Positions 47,467 to 60,342 are shown, counted from the first letter of the whole stretch. The stretch: DNA of 63,707 nt, filler included, from Cercozoa sp. M6MM (GCA_040357565.1; 6 parts of 6 records of this genome joined end to end with filler, not necessarily neighbours in it); one strand, 5' to 3'. Numbers and translations are program-made. The notes: generated by a model from the sequence alone, not told the origin.

Positions 47467-50400
47467 ATGAGAGCCAGTCGCAAAGTATCTTCCGCATTGC
47501 TAGCTCTAGTCTTGTATGCGGTCGAGACATGTGCGACGTTTAGCATACTTGAGCAAGTAAATCCTCATTTAGTCTCTCCGAGCCTCACTTATCCCCCCTC
47601 CGAGTTCGTTAGTGTGACTTTTCGTTTGACGGAGTCCAGTTGATCATCCCGCAGTCTCCACGAGCAGTCATTGTATGTTCCAATATAATCCTTCTGCCAT
47701 TTTACCACCTCATACCTCGCCGCCCCCACACCCTCCTCCTGTTTCTCCAGTGCCCCGGTCTGCCTGCGACGTCATTTTTTGTTGACTTCGACCTTGCTAT
47801 CAATGATCCGACACGCGTCGATGTTGATAGAGTTGGCGTTCTGGCCACCTCTGGCACAGAGGTAGTTCAGCCGGATTACGTGCAGTGTAAAGTACAGCCT
47901 GTGCTATGGGTGTGGTGTGCGTTATACCGTCAGTGTCGGGCACCTCCACGCCAGTTCGACGATGGCTGGCTGGCAGAGCGACCGGGTCAGGTCTGCATCA
48001 CCGACCAACTCAGTGGCATACATAAGTTTTACTCTACTAGCTTAGGTGAAGTGCCTTTGACACCGTATACCCAATAAAAGCTCCACAGGGCACACGTGTT
48101 TTCGGCAAGGCATTCGCGTGGCCAACAACGTCACGGCCGATCCCTTGTGTCTGCTTGTGTATTGCCGGTCTTCTGTCGGACGATCGCGCGGCTGTCCCAA
48201 TGTGCTCATCAACAGGTATTTGTTAACACTTGTGCGAGTTGGCAAAGTTTAAAAACAACCTATGCCGTAGGGTCAAGTTTCGAGCAACACTGACCGTCGC
48301 TTCAACTTTTAGGTACGAGACAGCTTTCAGTATTATTGTAGGAGCCGATACCTGCAGGCAAATACCCGAGGGGAGTAAGACACTAGAGGTTGAAGGAACC
48401 GGGTTCGAAGTCACCTGCAATCGCAATGGTAAAGAGACCCTCGAAGGTACCAGTATTAGGCAATGCCTGCTTGCAATTGCAGCTGTTCGGTGTCGTGATG
48501 CCGCCTCCCAGGACGTGCCATGTGAATGCGCCAACGTGTTATCGCCCACTCAGATGATCCTCGAGTTCGCAATGCCACTCGATGCCACGCAGTTCCAAAC
48601 AGGCGCCCTGCAGGTCAGTGTGAGTGCCGCAGGTTCCGTTCCCACTGAGTTCGTCACCGTCGGTATCTTCCTGCTTTAGTTTATCGAAAAAGGAGAGTGT
48701 TGGGTGCGTAGGCACCTTTGTGGAGACTCAAAGCAACAAGGGTCTCCGTGACTTTGCCATCGCTTTTGGAGTGCTGGCGGGTCTCTTCTTGTGCTGGCGC
48801 ATTCTGGTACTGTGAGTGTCTCGTAACTTTTTTTTGGGACCCAGGGTATCTCGGACACACAGGTGTACTGCCGTGTGCAACTCAACAAATCGAGTGACGC
48901 ACACCTCTTCGAAGAGACTTTTGATGAGACGCATGCGCCCCTGTACCGACTTTAATTTAACAGACAACATCGGGAGCCCAAGTTCAATTCATAGAGCAAC
49001 TTGAAACCTGACTTTCGTTAATACTCAATCCCGAAAGTCCGAAGGCCACACCTCCTTTTGGCCTGAGTTCCGGGCCCACTCGACACACTCGGACGCTCCA
49101 AAACGTGTTTGCGACTGTCCGTGGTAGTATGCGTCTCCCGACAGGCACTGTCGTTGCTGAGACGCCCGCTGGTCCTCTGTACTCTTTGCTTTAAAAAATT
49201 GCTTCTCTGAAAACACGTGCCGCTGGCAGTTCACTCCAGCGAGTGCTGGGTTCGGGCACTTTCGGCGTCGTCTACCTCGCCTGCACAATGGACGGCACGG
49301 CAAAATCATACGCTCTGAAGATGATCGAGATTGATGCAACGTCTGACGAGAGGTATCGCTCGTAGGAAAGAAAATTGTTAAACCTTAGATGTACGATGAA
49401 AGCAATGTGGTTTTTGCAAAACAGTGTCGTGTCAGCTGTGCTGCGCGAGAGTGAAATCATGGGCACACTCAAGCATCCAAACATTGTCAACTGTACTATA
49501 CCTCCTCCAGTATATGGATAGAGTTCGAATCTTACTAACTGGGCCTGTGTCGATGTTTGCGTAGTCTATGGAAGCTTCTTGTACCCACCTCTGCACGAAA
49601 CGGCGGACACATTGTCGTCGCACTTGTGTATTCTACTGGAACTGGTCGAGGGAGGCTCGCTGCAGGCACAGTTGGTACAACTGTTTGGGTGCTGTAGTAC
49701 TAGAAGTAAACCAGCCATACAAATACTGCACCGCAGGCACAACTTCCTGGAAGACGCTTGGGTGAAGACACAGCCAAGTGTCTGACCAAACAGGTACTCC
49801 TTCTTTCTAAGTAAGTTTAGGTGCAATTGACCAAGGAAAAAACAAAAGTGGGTGTCACAACTGAGAACAGTTGCTGCTGGGACTGCAGTACCTACACAAG
49901 AAGCGCGTGTTTCACCGCGACATTGTAAGTTTAAGCTCAAGTTGTTTTTTGTTTTTTGCTGACCCGGCCTGCTGCTTGCGCAGAAGTGCGGCAACATTCT
50001 CATGTCGCCGGAGGGAGTGGCCAAACTCGCCGACTTTGGCAGCTCGCGCTTCGTGTCCACCGGTGAGTTAAATTTACCGAAATTGACACTGAACAGTGTG
50101 TCCCTTTCGTGTTTAACTCGTGTCTGCAGCATCAGACAGAAAGACACTGGCGGGCACGGTGCAGTTCATGGCACCTGAAGTTGTAATCCATCTTTTTTTT
50201 GGGCTTCAGTTGTAGTTTCTCTGAAAGTACCAGGTTTTGCTTGGTGTCAGGTGCGCCAGTCGGGCTCCGGCTTGAGTTCCGACATTTGGTCGTACAGCAC
50301 TCTACGAGATACCTGCATACCCTTACTACTATCTGTATTGTGCCGATTGCTTTGGTTGCATCTAGATGTGGGGCAACGGTGCTGGAGATGCTGACTGGTA

Positions 50401-52059
50401 GGGCTCCATGGAATGAGTAAATTAACTTCGTGCTACTATGATACAAGATGTACGACCCCGGGGAGTGCACAGGTGTGAGTCGCAGCACGCAGTGCTCTTC
50501 CAGATCTGCTTCACTCAGCGCATTCCGCGACTGTAGTTTTTTTCTCTTCTGGCTAGTGTACTTCCGTGCCTGTGTATTCGTGTACTGTACAGCCTTTCGA
50601 GAATACTGCACATGTATGCATAGACCTTCGACAGTGACACCTGAATGTCGTAACTTTCTGCGCCGCTGTTTCGTTCGCAATGTAAACTCTCTGACCAAAG
50701 TAGACAGTGCAGTATGTGTATCTTGTGCAAGTTACCCTTGGACAGGCAGCCAAGCGACCGACTGCCGAGGAATTATTGCAGCACCCGTATTTCTTACCGA
50801 ACTCAACTGGCCAGTTGTTCAGGTTGTACAGTAATGTATTGTCAGGTGGCTGGCGGATGCGCAGATTCCCGAGTGTCTGGTGCAGTCGCTGGCGTCGCAG
50901 GGCAGTTTGGAGTCGTCGAGCAGTCATGACAGTTCTCACAGCGAGACCTCGTCGCACTGGCAGAAGATGGAAGCAGCCCAGGTATGATTTGATGCCAAGG
51001 CAATGCCTCCTTTCCTGCCTAGAAACACACGGTGTCTACTCAGAGAGCGACCGAGCATGCGTGGATGCAGCGGCAGCAGCAGGCACAGGCACAGCCCTAT
51101 GCGCCTGCTACGCTCCACCATCCGCCTGTCCACGCGATCGCTCCGGGACAAACGCCCTTGATGCAGACACCCTTGATGCAGACACCCTTGATGCGGACTC
51201 CCTTGATGCGGACGCCCTTGATGCAGACTCCCTTGATGCAGACACCCTCGCAGACACCCTTGCTACCAACACCTGCATTCGGATACACACCTCCCCAGCC
51301 GCACATGCAGATTCAGAGTAGGTTCTGTCCGTCTCTTGGTATGTCCGTACGCTCATGTGCTCTGGTGTCTGGGGTAGCAACAGTGCGCCCGATCTCGTCA
51401 GTCTCGGCGACGGAGGCCTTGGACGCAGTACTGCTCCAGCGACTCTCTGGTACTACTGCTCATGGTGTACATATAGTACATGTATTAATGCCATGCACGA
51501 CACAGGCCAACGCGTCAGTAACGCTCAGCGCGCGCAGCTCTTCTCGCTGTGGCAGGGTCAGTTGTCTTGTCCTTCTTGCACGCCTTGCTTTAGCATGCTG
51601 GTAGTACATGGTATTCTTTATGACTGACTTAGGCCTCGACGTGCTGGTGTCGCAGTCGGACGGTTCCAAAGTGCGAGATCGCTTGCGTCTATCGACACAG
51701 CTGCTGCTTCAGTTGGACACGGGTCGTCTGCATACTGACACGAGGTATCGGTGCAGGCCCTCAAAGAAATTCAAGACATCGAGATCTGATGAACTGGTGT
51801 AACTCTAGTTGTCTCCGAGTGTGTCCTGCCACGCTCTCTCTGGGCGCCTTTGCACCAGACAAGACGTTGTTGCTGTGCGACCTGGTGCCACTGAGCGACA
51901 CGCCTCGTCGAGGTCAGTCTGCCTTGTCTGCCGTGTTGGCATTGTGCTTACTGATCTCTGACAGGCCAGGGTGTGACGGTGCTCGTCGAATTCGCAAGCT
52001 CTACCGAGCGACAGAAGGCACTGCTGGCGGCGAGAACTTGCTCGAGCTTGAGATCTTGA
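47467..52059 (+). CDS. Single-pass receptor-like Ser/Thr kinase with a STE11/MAP3K-type catalytic domain
   Basis: Signal peptide MRASRKVSSALLALVLYAVETCA, beta-rich ectodomain, TM FAIAFGVLAGLFLCWRILV, in-frame spliced linker, then LGSGTFGVVY, ALK, LKHPNIV, LELVEGGSL, HRDIKCGNIL, KLADFG, GTVQFMAPEV, SDIWSCGATVLEMLTGRAPW, RPTAEELLQHPWL. Confidence 0.85.
51148..51262 (+). repeat. Coding 15-nt tandem repeat encoding (Q/R)TPLM
   Basis: Six full CAGACACCCTTGATG-like units plus QTPS and QTPLL variants, in the kinase C-terminal exon. Confidence 0.9.
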
Positions 52060-52183
52060 GATAGGTCCCAGAATTTGTTATTACGATCAGAGAACGACCC
52101 AGAAAGACTTGTCTGTTCTCCGTTCTTTCTCTCTTCAATATACTTAGAGTAATAGACGTGCGCGTGTGCCAGTAGACATCAAA

Positions 52184-53995
52184 ATGGATAGGTCGGAGCT
52201 AGATCGCCTTCTAAAGCTGTAAAGACTCTTGTCACAGACTATTTTTCCCGGGTCCTAGTAGCCCTCTACCTTTTGCTACCATACCCTAGGCCAGAGGAAT
52301 GGCGTCAGGGGGAGTTTGAAAACGGCTTCAATGCCGCCGTGTGGTTTCGCGAGATTGCTGGGTAAATCAAAGTACCTCTGCAACCTCCGCTATCGATTGA
52401 CCTGCCCTTTGCCCCATAGCGAATTGATGCGAAATTGGCGCATCATCGTGACTACGTATGCTGACTACACCCTCGAAAATTATCTCTTTTCCAATTGTAC
52501 GGACGGTTTTGCAGTGCCGAAAAACGCTCGGTTTATGCGCTCGGTGAGGTGGAGTTTTATCTGCAGCACGCCGATCACTTCATGGATCCGTTCGCGCACG
52601 CTTCTAGTCTCGTAAGAAACACTTTCCGCACTCTTTTGCTTTCTCATTCTGGATGCGTGCATGCCACGTCAGTTCTTTTGTTCAATTTTTCCTTTTACTT
52701 TTATTCACTTGCAGCAAAGAACGACATCGGGCAATTGGTACTTCCATCGAGCAGGCACGGCAAAGAATGGCAAGGAAGGCGCCTACAAGGGCGGCTCCTA
52801 CAAAGGGTTCCCTCTACTCTCGCTGGCTTTGTACAAAACTAGAGTATGTTTTGTTTTTGCAAAACAAACAGACTCGACCTGACGTTTGGCGATCCGGGGC
52901 GCGGCCTTGTGGGCGGCATGCTGATTCGAACGATTGTAGACACTGAATCCAACACTGTTATTGAGGTGAGCTGACTGACTTTGTTTTTTCGTTTATTTTT
53001 CTCAAACCGAAATGATTGAACAAAAAAAAACCGTCTGTATCCAAACGGTGTTGATTCCAGGGACCGTGCCGCACGGTGGACACGCTACTGAAGGCGAGTG
53101 GTGCTTCAAGCATCGTGGACTTTGTCGGAATGGACAGTTTCCGGCTTGACGCCCTGTCCTCACTGTCTGAGAGTGTATTTATTTTTCCTTTTTTGTGTTT
53201 AGCTCAGTGGTGTTTAATTTGGTTTGGCAGGAGTACGAGGCGCCGCTGCTGTCGCTGTGTCGACCAGAGGAACAGAAGCACACGACCAATGACAAGACAC
53301 TCCTGGCGTCTCCCAGGTGACTGTTTTTCTTTTCTTTTTTATTCACTCAACCTTGAGAAAGGTGTGCTTAGAGTGGGCCTCACGCTGAAGAAAGACACGC
53401 CGCAGCGTCGCTTGTTTCAGATGCGGCCGCTGCGTTTTTTGCTGTCGAATTTGCTGCAGGAGGGTCATATCCGCAAGTACAAGCATGTAGACTCTCTGTC
53501 CTGGACCTGCCTGGCAGGGACTTTTATTCTTGTGAGTGTTTCAGTTGGCCGCCTTGTCGCTCTATGTGAGTCTCAACGAGGATGCGGAAAGCGTGCGCGA
53601 AAAGGCCAAGCTCGGCAAGGTGCAGCTGCGCAACTACGTTGCCCACTTCAGTAAAGGCCTGTCTGTGTACGTCCTACTAACTTCACCCGGCACTTCAGGT
53701 GTTTGACCGATGTGTTGTCAGCAGCAACGTCTGCAAGCAGAGCGACGAGAGCGAGGAACCTCCCGCCAAGCGACGCCGTGTGCAACTGCCGACCGCCAAA
53801 ACCGATGTCGCTTCGCTCTGCACACTCTTCGGTACTGCACCTAGTCCTCAGTTATTCGGTTGTAGATTAAAGCCATCATTTTGCTGGTGTCTTGATTCAG
53901 GCGCACTGTACGACCCGGCATCCTACGCCACGGTGCTATTCCAACCTGAGACTAGTACTCCAACCACGCGTACGAACACGCCTGGCAGCGAGTGA
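52184..53995 (+). CDS. 3-methyladenine DNA glycosylase (MPG/AAG)-fold-like uncharacterised protein
   Basis: WFREIAGELM, LGEVEFYL, DPFAH, QRTTSGNWYFHR, YKGGSYKGLDLTFG, GGMLIRTI, IEGPCRTVD, SPRVGL, MRPLRF parallel the AAG motifs IAxxLL, ExEAY, VLIR, GP, PRVG, PxRF. Confidence 0.65.
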
Positions 53996-54328
53996 TTTTT
54001 TTCATTCGCTTCAGTTCGAACTGAACAAAACTGCGCTGAACGTTCAGTTGACGGTATTTTCGTTTACCGTACTGAATTCGAGCTTCAGGGAAACTACTGA
54101 ACATCCACCTCTACCAGTAAGCATAGCCTGCTGTACCGTACGTACGTAGAGAGAAGGTTTTTTTGTTAAATCTTCTCACGATTTTCCCCGTGGCGGAAGG
54201 TCGAGTTATTTTCACATACATATCGATCTGGTACACTGCCGCTTAAAACCGGCTAACTGGTGATCATGATTTCGTTTAGCTGCTAGCTTGAATTTAACAC
54301 GACACGGGACGCGCAGATGGATGCGATT

Positions 54329-54425
54329 TTACTTAAGTGAGTGGCCTTGTCCCGTAAAGGCCTGGAAGTTAGCGGGCTGCCGCAAACACAGACGAGTACA
54401 AAAGGACAAAAGGAAGGGCCACTCA

Positions 54426-54516
<91 letters not shown>

Positions 54517-55560
54517 ACAGGCCGGTTGGGGTCGGCTCGGCCTCCGCGCGGACCACCTTGGTCGCCGCCGCCACTCGGGCCGGGCGGACCGCCGCCGCCG
54601 GCGTTGAAGCCACCAAAGCCGCTGAAGGCGCCGCCGCCGCCGCCTTGTGCGCCCTGCAAAGCACACACAAAGCGTAAAGAGGAATGAAGGGCCTCAAGAA
54701 GGGTGTCGGTACGAAGGCGGCCATGTCGATGGGCGGAGCATTCCAGCGCAGGTCTGCAATGCGTTGTTGCACGGCACAAAACGACACAAGACATATGCTG
54801 TCCAGTTGTACCATTGTAGATAGCGCGTCCGATCACAAATTCGGCGGCGTAGACAACGATCGCAACGATGGCAGCCACCATGAAGACATCTGCACAGTCG
54901 GCAACATACGCGCAGCCGAGGCACAAGACACACGCGGTGACATACCAGCAACCCACGACGGCGTCTCGTTGTCGGGATCGTTGCCGATCTGCCGATTGCG
55001 TACGAGAAACATGATGAAGCTGACTGCGTAGCCACACACATGCACACATGCACAGGTCGAAAGGCAGAAAAGAAAACTCGCTGTGCAAGTGACTCACTGC
55101 CATTCATGATGAATCTGAAGCACGAGAACAGCGTCAGGCACATGATCTGCAATCCGAGCACACATCATACCACATGTGGCAGGTGTTGGTGTATGTGATG
55201 GCATCCCTACCTGCTGCATGTTAATGTATCGAGGCAGGTCGCGAAGTGACATGAAGCCAATCATGAGAAGCACAAGATCGAACATTGCCGAAAAAATGTC
55301 GAGCGTCACAAAGTTACTGCGTTCGATTCGATGTAGATGCTTTACACAACGCAGGACAGCAAATGTGCATAGCGTACAGAATGACAACGACTACATGCGC
55401 ACATAGTGCGATTTTGAGGTACTTTGCGTATTTCTTCGACTGGTCGGTGGCCTCCAAGCTGCAAAAACACACATTTCTCCTCAAAAGTGCCTTCGATTGC
55501 AACGAAACATCATTAGAGGTGCTGATACAGGCTTTCCGGCCCAGCAGGAAGCAGGCACAT
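54329..55560 (-). CDS. About 4-TM membrane protein with a Gly-rich tail and a C-terminal SHP box (p97/Cdc48-binding motif)
   Basis: Hydrophobic spans IALCAHVVVVILNFV, IFSAMFDLVLLMIGFM, IMCLTLFSCFRFIM and MFMVAAIVAIVVYAAEFVIG; ends PANFQAFTGQGHSLK* (FxGxGxxL). Confidence 0.7.
54435..54512. repeat. (GA)n microsatellite in intron
   Basis: About 39 GA units, read as (CT)n on the sense strand of the minus-strand gene. Confidence 0.95.
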
Positions 55561-55869
55561 CCCTCGTCGACTACAGGATACGCCAGAAACGTTTGCAGTC
55601 CATTATTTTCTGATCGGGATATCCTCCTTTATTTTGCGGTCAGCGCTCCGGCTTCCGGCGGCCGATACATCGCGCTCGCCTGTTATGATGATATTTGTGT
55701 ACTGTATGTTTGCTACCCGAACAAAAGTGCAAATCTGTGTTTCGAAGAACGTGAGGTCACTTCCGATCGGCTCCGCGCGGAAAACGATGCACCAGCTGGT
55801 CACGAACCACGAAACCACGTTGGCTTTTTCTGCATGTCGGAGGGTGCAAGCTGGCATCTAAGTGTTAGA

Positions 55870-58800
55870 ACTGCTTGGGCACGTCCATGTCGCAGCCAGT
55901 GCCGTCGTTTACGGTCCCGGCAGGGACCAACATCACAAACGAAACGCAGCCCACAGAAGGCCTGACCTGCATCTCAGGTGCCAAGTGCACGCTGTCAAAG
56001 GAAGCGACCGTGATTGAACCGTGTAACGAAGGGTTCGCATGCGTTGATATTGATCTCATGCGGTCCATTGCCAACGGCTCGGTTTCGCCAGAAGAAGTAG
56101 AACTAAACGATACCAACATTCCTCCAGATCGCTATGGTGCCTGTCTTCCGTGCTCTGGTCTCGGAGCGCACTGCCCCAACGGCACAGTGAATCAGCTGTA
56201 CGTGTCCTTATCGATGCTGTGTCAAGCTGGACACTTTTGCCCGAATGGTAAATTCTACTCTCCGGCATTGCATCATTCTTGGAACTGTGCAGCAGCGATA
56301 TGGTTGAAACGCAGCCAGTGCGCAGATACCCTGCCCTGTGGGCACATTTTGTCCCCCTGGAATGCCTCGTCCTCTTCCTTGCAAGATACCCGGTTTCTAC
56401 TGCGCTGAAATGTCGACGAATCCCGCCGATCTGCCCTGCAAAGCTGGGTTCTATTGTCCGAATGCGTCGATGCAAGTCGAGTGTCCCCGGGGTAGCTTCG
56501 AATTGAACAGGGATATAATTTTAATCAACGGCATTCTTCGTGTACAGGACACTTTTGCAAAACCATGTCAGTATCACCTTCTCGGTGCCCGTTTCTGGCG
56601 TTGTGTCCTCCCGGTACATTAAAGTGGATGTCATCCTCCCTCATACCTTCGCCCAGGATTTTTGAGCTACAGGAACCGACGCTCCGTCCATCGTGTGGAC
56701 TGGCTTCATTGCTGTGGTTGGTGTGGTGCTGTGCTTGCAGTTTCTCATAAAGTTCTGGCGTCGCTTTGTGTCCAAACGAGAGACCAGGAAGGCAAAGTCA
56801 CTCGAAGACACTCAACGCGAACATGAGTTGTTCTGCGCGCTCCTGAGAAGCGTCGACTGCGAGTCCCTGGTCGAGTCAGTCAGCTTTTCTGGTTTCAACA
56901 TCAAGAAGACTGCAGTGTCGGTGCAGTTCCAAGATCTCGGACTCACGCTGAAAGCCAACAAGCAAGTTGTGCTCAAGAACGTTAGTGGCGAGTTCCCGGC
57001 TGGCAAGTTGATCGCTCTCATGGGACCTTCAGGCAGCGGCAAGACGTCCTTTCTGTTCACACTCTGCGGAAAGGCGCACTACGGTCAACAAACAGGTACT
57101 TCCCCAAGATTAAAAGACACTCTCAGAAACTATTGCACCTTGTTTTCTTTAATTTACAGGCGAAATATTGCTGAACGGAACTCCAGTGAGGATAAGAGAC
57201 ATTCGAGGCGACATTGGCTTTGTGTAAGTTCACACTAATAGGTTCATTGCGTTCGTACGATCGAGCAGTTGGCGCTTGCTTGTCCAGGCCGCAAGACGAC
57301 ATTGTGCACGAAGAACTCACCGTGAGGCAGAACATTGCCTTTTCAGCGGCTCTGCGTCTTCCGGTGGGAACCGCGTCCAAGCAGCGCAGACTCATCGTTG
57401 ACGACATCTTGACGATGCTCGGTCTGTCCGAAATCCAAAACACGCGAGTTGGTGGAGTGACACGTCGCGGCATCTCCGGTGCATTGTGTTGCTTGTCGCT
57501 TATGCTTTGATCTATCCCTGTTCGGAGCTGCATTTTGTGCAGGTGGACAGAAGAAGCGCGTCAACATTGGTCTTGAATTGGCAGCGCACCCGATGCTGCT
57601 GTTTTGTGACGAGCCTACCTCCGGATTGGACAGTACAGCTTCCATGGAAGTGGTGCGAGGCTTAAAGAAGCTGTCGCAACTTGGCACATGCGTCGTGACC
57701 GTGATTCACCAGCCGCGTTGGGAGATTTTCACCATGTTTGATCTTGTCCTGCTCTTTGGTGCCGGCGGAGGAATGGCCTACCTCGGAGCAGCGAGTCGCG
57801 CACCCGAGTACTTTGAAGATCTTGGCTTTCAGGAAGCTACACCTGGAAGCAACGTCGCTGACTGGTACGCTCGTCGCCTTATGTGCGTTCACTCTAAAAT
57901 CATAGATGCAGTGTGCACCGGCAGGCTGGTAGATTGCATCAGCGGCAGTGTTCCAGTGTTGGGGAACCCGACTTTCAGGCCAGTAGATCTGTTTGACATG
58001 TGGCACTCACAAACAGAAGAAGAGAAAATGGCTTGGTGCGCACCTCAATCGCCGAAAGCGACAGGCGAAAGACGCCGGAGCTGGGTGGCAAAACCGCCAC
58101 ACCTCTCCGGATTACCGCCCAAATCGATAGCTGACTTGACCGATTTGTTCATGAGTAAGCAAGCTGTTCCGCTGTGATTGATATCACAACATTTTTTTAC
58201 TTCACTTTGGATGTTGCTGAGCAGAGTGCGATGCCGACAACTCGGGGTGCTTGGACAAACAAGAAGTGACGGAACTCATGAAAGTCATTGGCATCGCGTT
58301 TGAGGAAGCAGATGCTGACTCGTTTTTTCGCATGTTTGACCTCAACAGCGATGGGCGGATTGAGCTTCATGAGTTTTTGACTGGAATCACCGAACTCTCG
58401 GTGTCGAACTCTCGGAAACGCGCGTTTCAGAACCTTCTTCGTCAGTCTCAGTATCATTCTTGTTTTTGACTTATCAGTATCTTTCCAAACACAGGCATGC
58501 TCCGAATTGTATTCACTAGAATAGCAATACCGGCAGCTGAAGCGCCGGAGACAGATGACGAAAACGCGCAGCAGAAGCACCGCCGCGTCACTGTGCAAAT
58601 GCGCAACGTCAAAGTGAAGCTGTTCTCCGGCGCGCGTCGCAGTGCCGAGACGGCCCGATACATGGCACTCCTAGGCACGCGCACCAGTCCAGGCTTCTTG
58701 CGGCAGTTCGCAGTTCTCCTAGAACGCAGCATCATTGTGGAAGCTAGTCTGGCGGCCACTTTGGCCATGGAGGCTGGTCTCATTCTCGTGGGAGCAGTGC

Positions 58801-59742
58801 TGGTCGGCGTCATCCAAGGAGCGGCCTGGGCACTACCGTTGTACGGATCCATGGTGCAAACAGCTATCGTTCTCATAGGCACACTCGACGTGGCCTCATC
58901 GCTGCGACTGTTCGGCAAGTCAAAGTCGATCTACTGGCGCGAGGCGGCGAGCAACGTCAACCGTTTCTCCTACTGGTCGGCCAAAGTGACAACGCACACG
59001 CTGCTGCACGTCTGGAGTCGTCCGCTTTTGTTTGTGCTCGTGTACTACAATCTGATTCTGCCCCGCACGGCCTTCTCTCGCTTTTACGCCGTGTTCCTTG
59101 CGACCACCTTCTGCACCACCGGTACCAACCAACACCGTTAACAACCATAACCTAGAGGATGCGACTCCAGCTTCGCACTGTAGGAATGGGCATGCTGTTT
59201 TCCACTCTGTTCGGACCATTAACGGCACTGGTAGAGAGATACTTCGATTTACATGCATGTCACACTCCTGTGTCGGTCACTTCTCCATCCGTCTCTGACA
59301 GTTGGTAGCTGTCGTAGTGCCAGTGCTGTTGGGTGTGTTCTTTGGCGGCTGGAGTCCTCCGCTGAAGTTGATGCCGGACTGGCAGCGCGTCGTTGCCTCG
59401 GCATCCTTCGTATCAGACAATCTACAGACACACAAATCTGTGACACCATTCACACCCTGTGTAGGCGCGTTGGGCCGTCGCAGCGTTGCTCACCGACGAG
59501 TTGTCAGATGTGCCACGCCATCTGGTAAACTTAAATTTGCTGGGGTAAAGTCTCGCAGTTATCAGGAGGGCGAATCTGTCAGTGTGTGACAGGAAATCGT
59601 GCGGGACGGTATCTTTTTCAAAACCGGGTTCACTCTAGATGACTGGACCTACGCCGTCGGCATGCTGTTTCTGCTGGGCGCCATCTTCCGATCGCTGTCC
59701 TTCTTCGCACTTGTCGGACGCCATCGCGGCAAGCAGCGGTGA
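55870..59742 (+). CDS. ABCG half-transporter with a Cys-rich ectodomain (plant ABCG24/28-like layout) and an EF-hand pair
   Basis: CxxGxFCP/CxxGFYCP repeats, TM, Walker A GPSGSGKT, QDDIVHEELTV, ISGGQKKRVNIG, LLFCDEPTSGLD, VIHQPR, EF loops at about 58230-58372, TMD with IYWREAAS. Start approximate. Confidence 0.92.
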
Positions 59743-59849
59743 ACGGAAGGACGGCATGTTTTATTTGGCACACGACAGTGTTAGATTAAGTTATCGCAGG
59801 GCAGTACGGCTGATACAGTATGCGATGCACTAAGTTATACGATAGTTGA

Positions 59850-60160
59850 CTACTTGAACCACCGATCGAGACTCAGGCCGGCTCGCGGTTTCCGTTTCTT
59901 GGTGTCGCCGCGCGTGCGGTCGTGCCGTCGCGAGCGAGCAGTAGTGCCGCCGGTGTCGACTTTGGCAGTGCTGACTTTGGCAGTGTTGGTGGTGCTGCCG
60001 AGGCAGCGTTCGACGTGGCGCTCACGGAGTCGTCGCGCGCCCTGCAGCAGCGTGTTGCAGATGGGACACCGCACCTCGGGTTCTGCAAGACACAACATAA
60101 TGTGGATGCTGGAGACTACCCCTACACACTACTGTCTGGGTGTACATATACATGTGTGTA

Positions 60161-60221
<61 letters not shown>

Positions 60222-60340
60222 GTGAGTATGTGTATGTGAGTATGTGTATGTGTATGCAGAGGAAGGACCAGGCTGAGGAAGCAGGCGACGTTTCTTTGGC
60301 GGCGGTTGCTTGTCCATGTGCTGGTCCACTCTGTCCCTAT
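59850..60340 (-). CDS. C-terminal fragment with NLS, UBZ4-type zinc finger and terminal PIP-like box (DNA polymerase kappa-like tail)
   Basis: PPPKKRRL; VRCPICNTLL...RERHVERCL; ends KKRKPRAGLSLDRWFK*. Catalytic domain is not in the contig, so identity is inferred. Confidence 0.6.
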
Positions 60341-60342
60341 CC

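Noticed and set aside
51148-51262. CRISPR-like array
   Set aside because: Head-to-tail 15-nt coding repeat with no spacers, in a eukaryotic exon.
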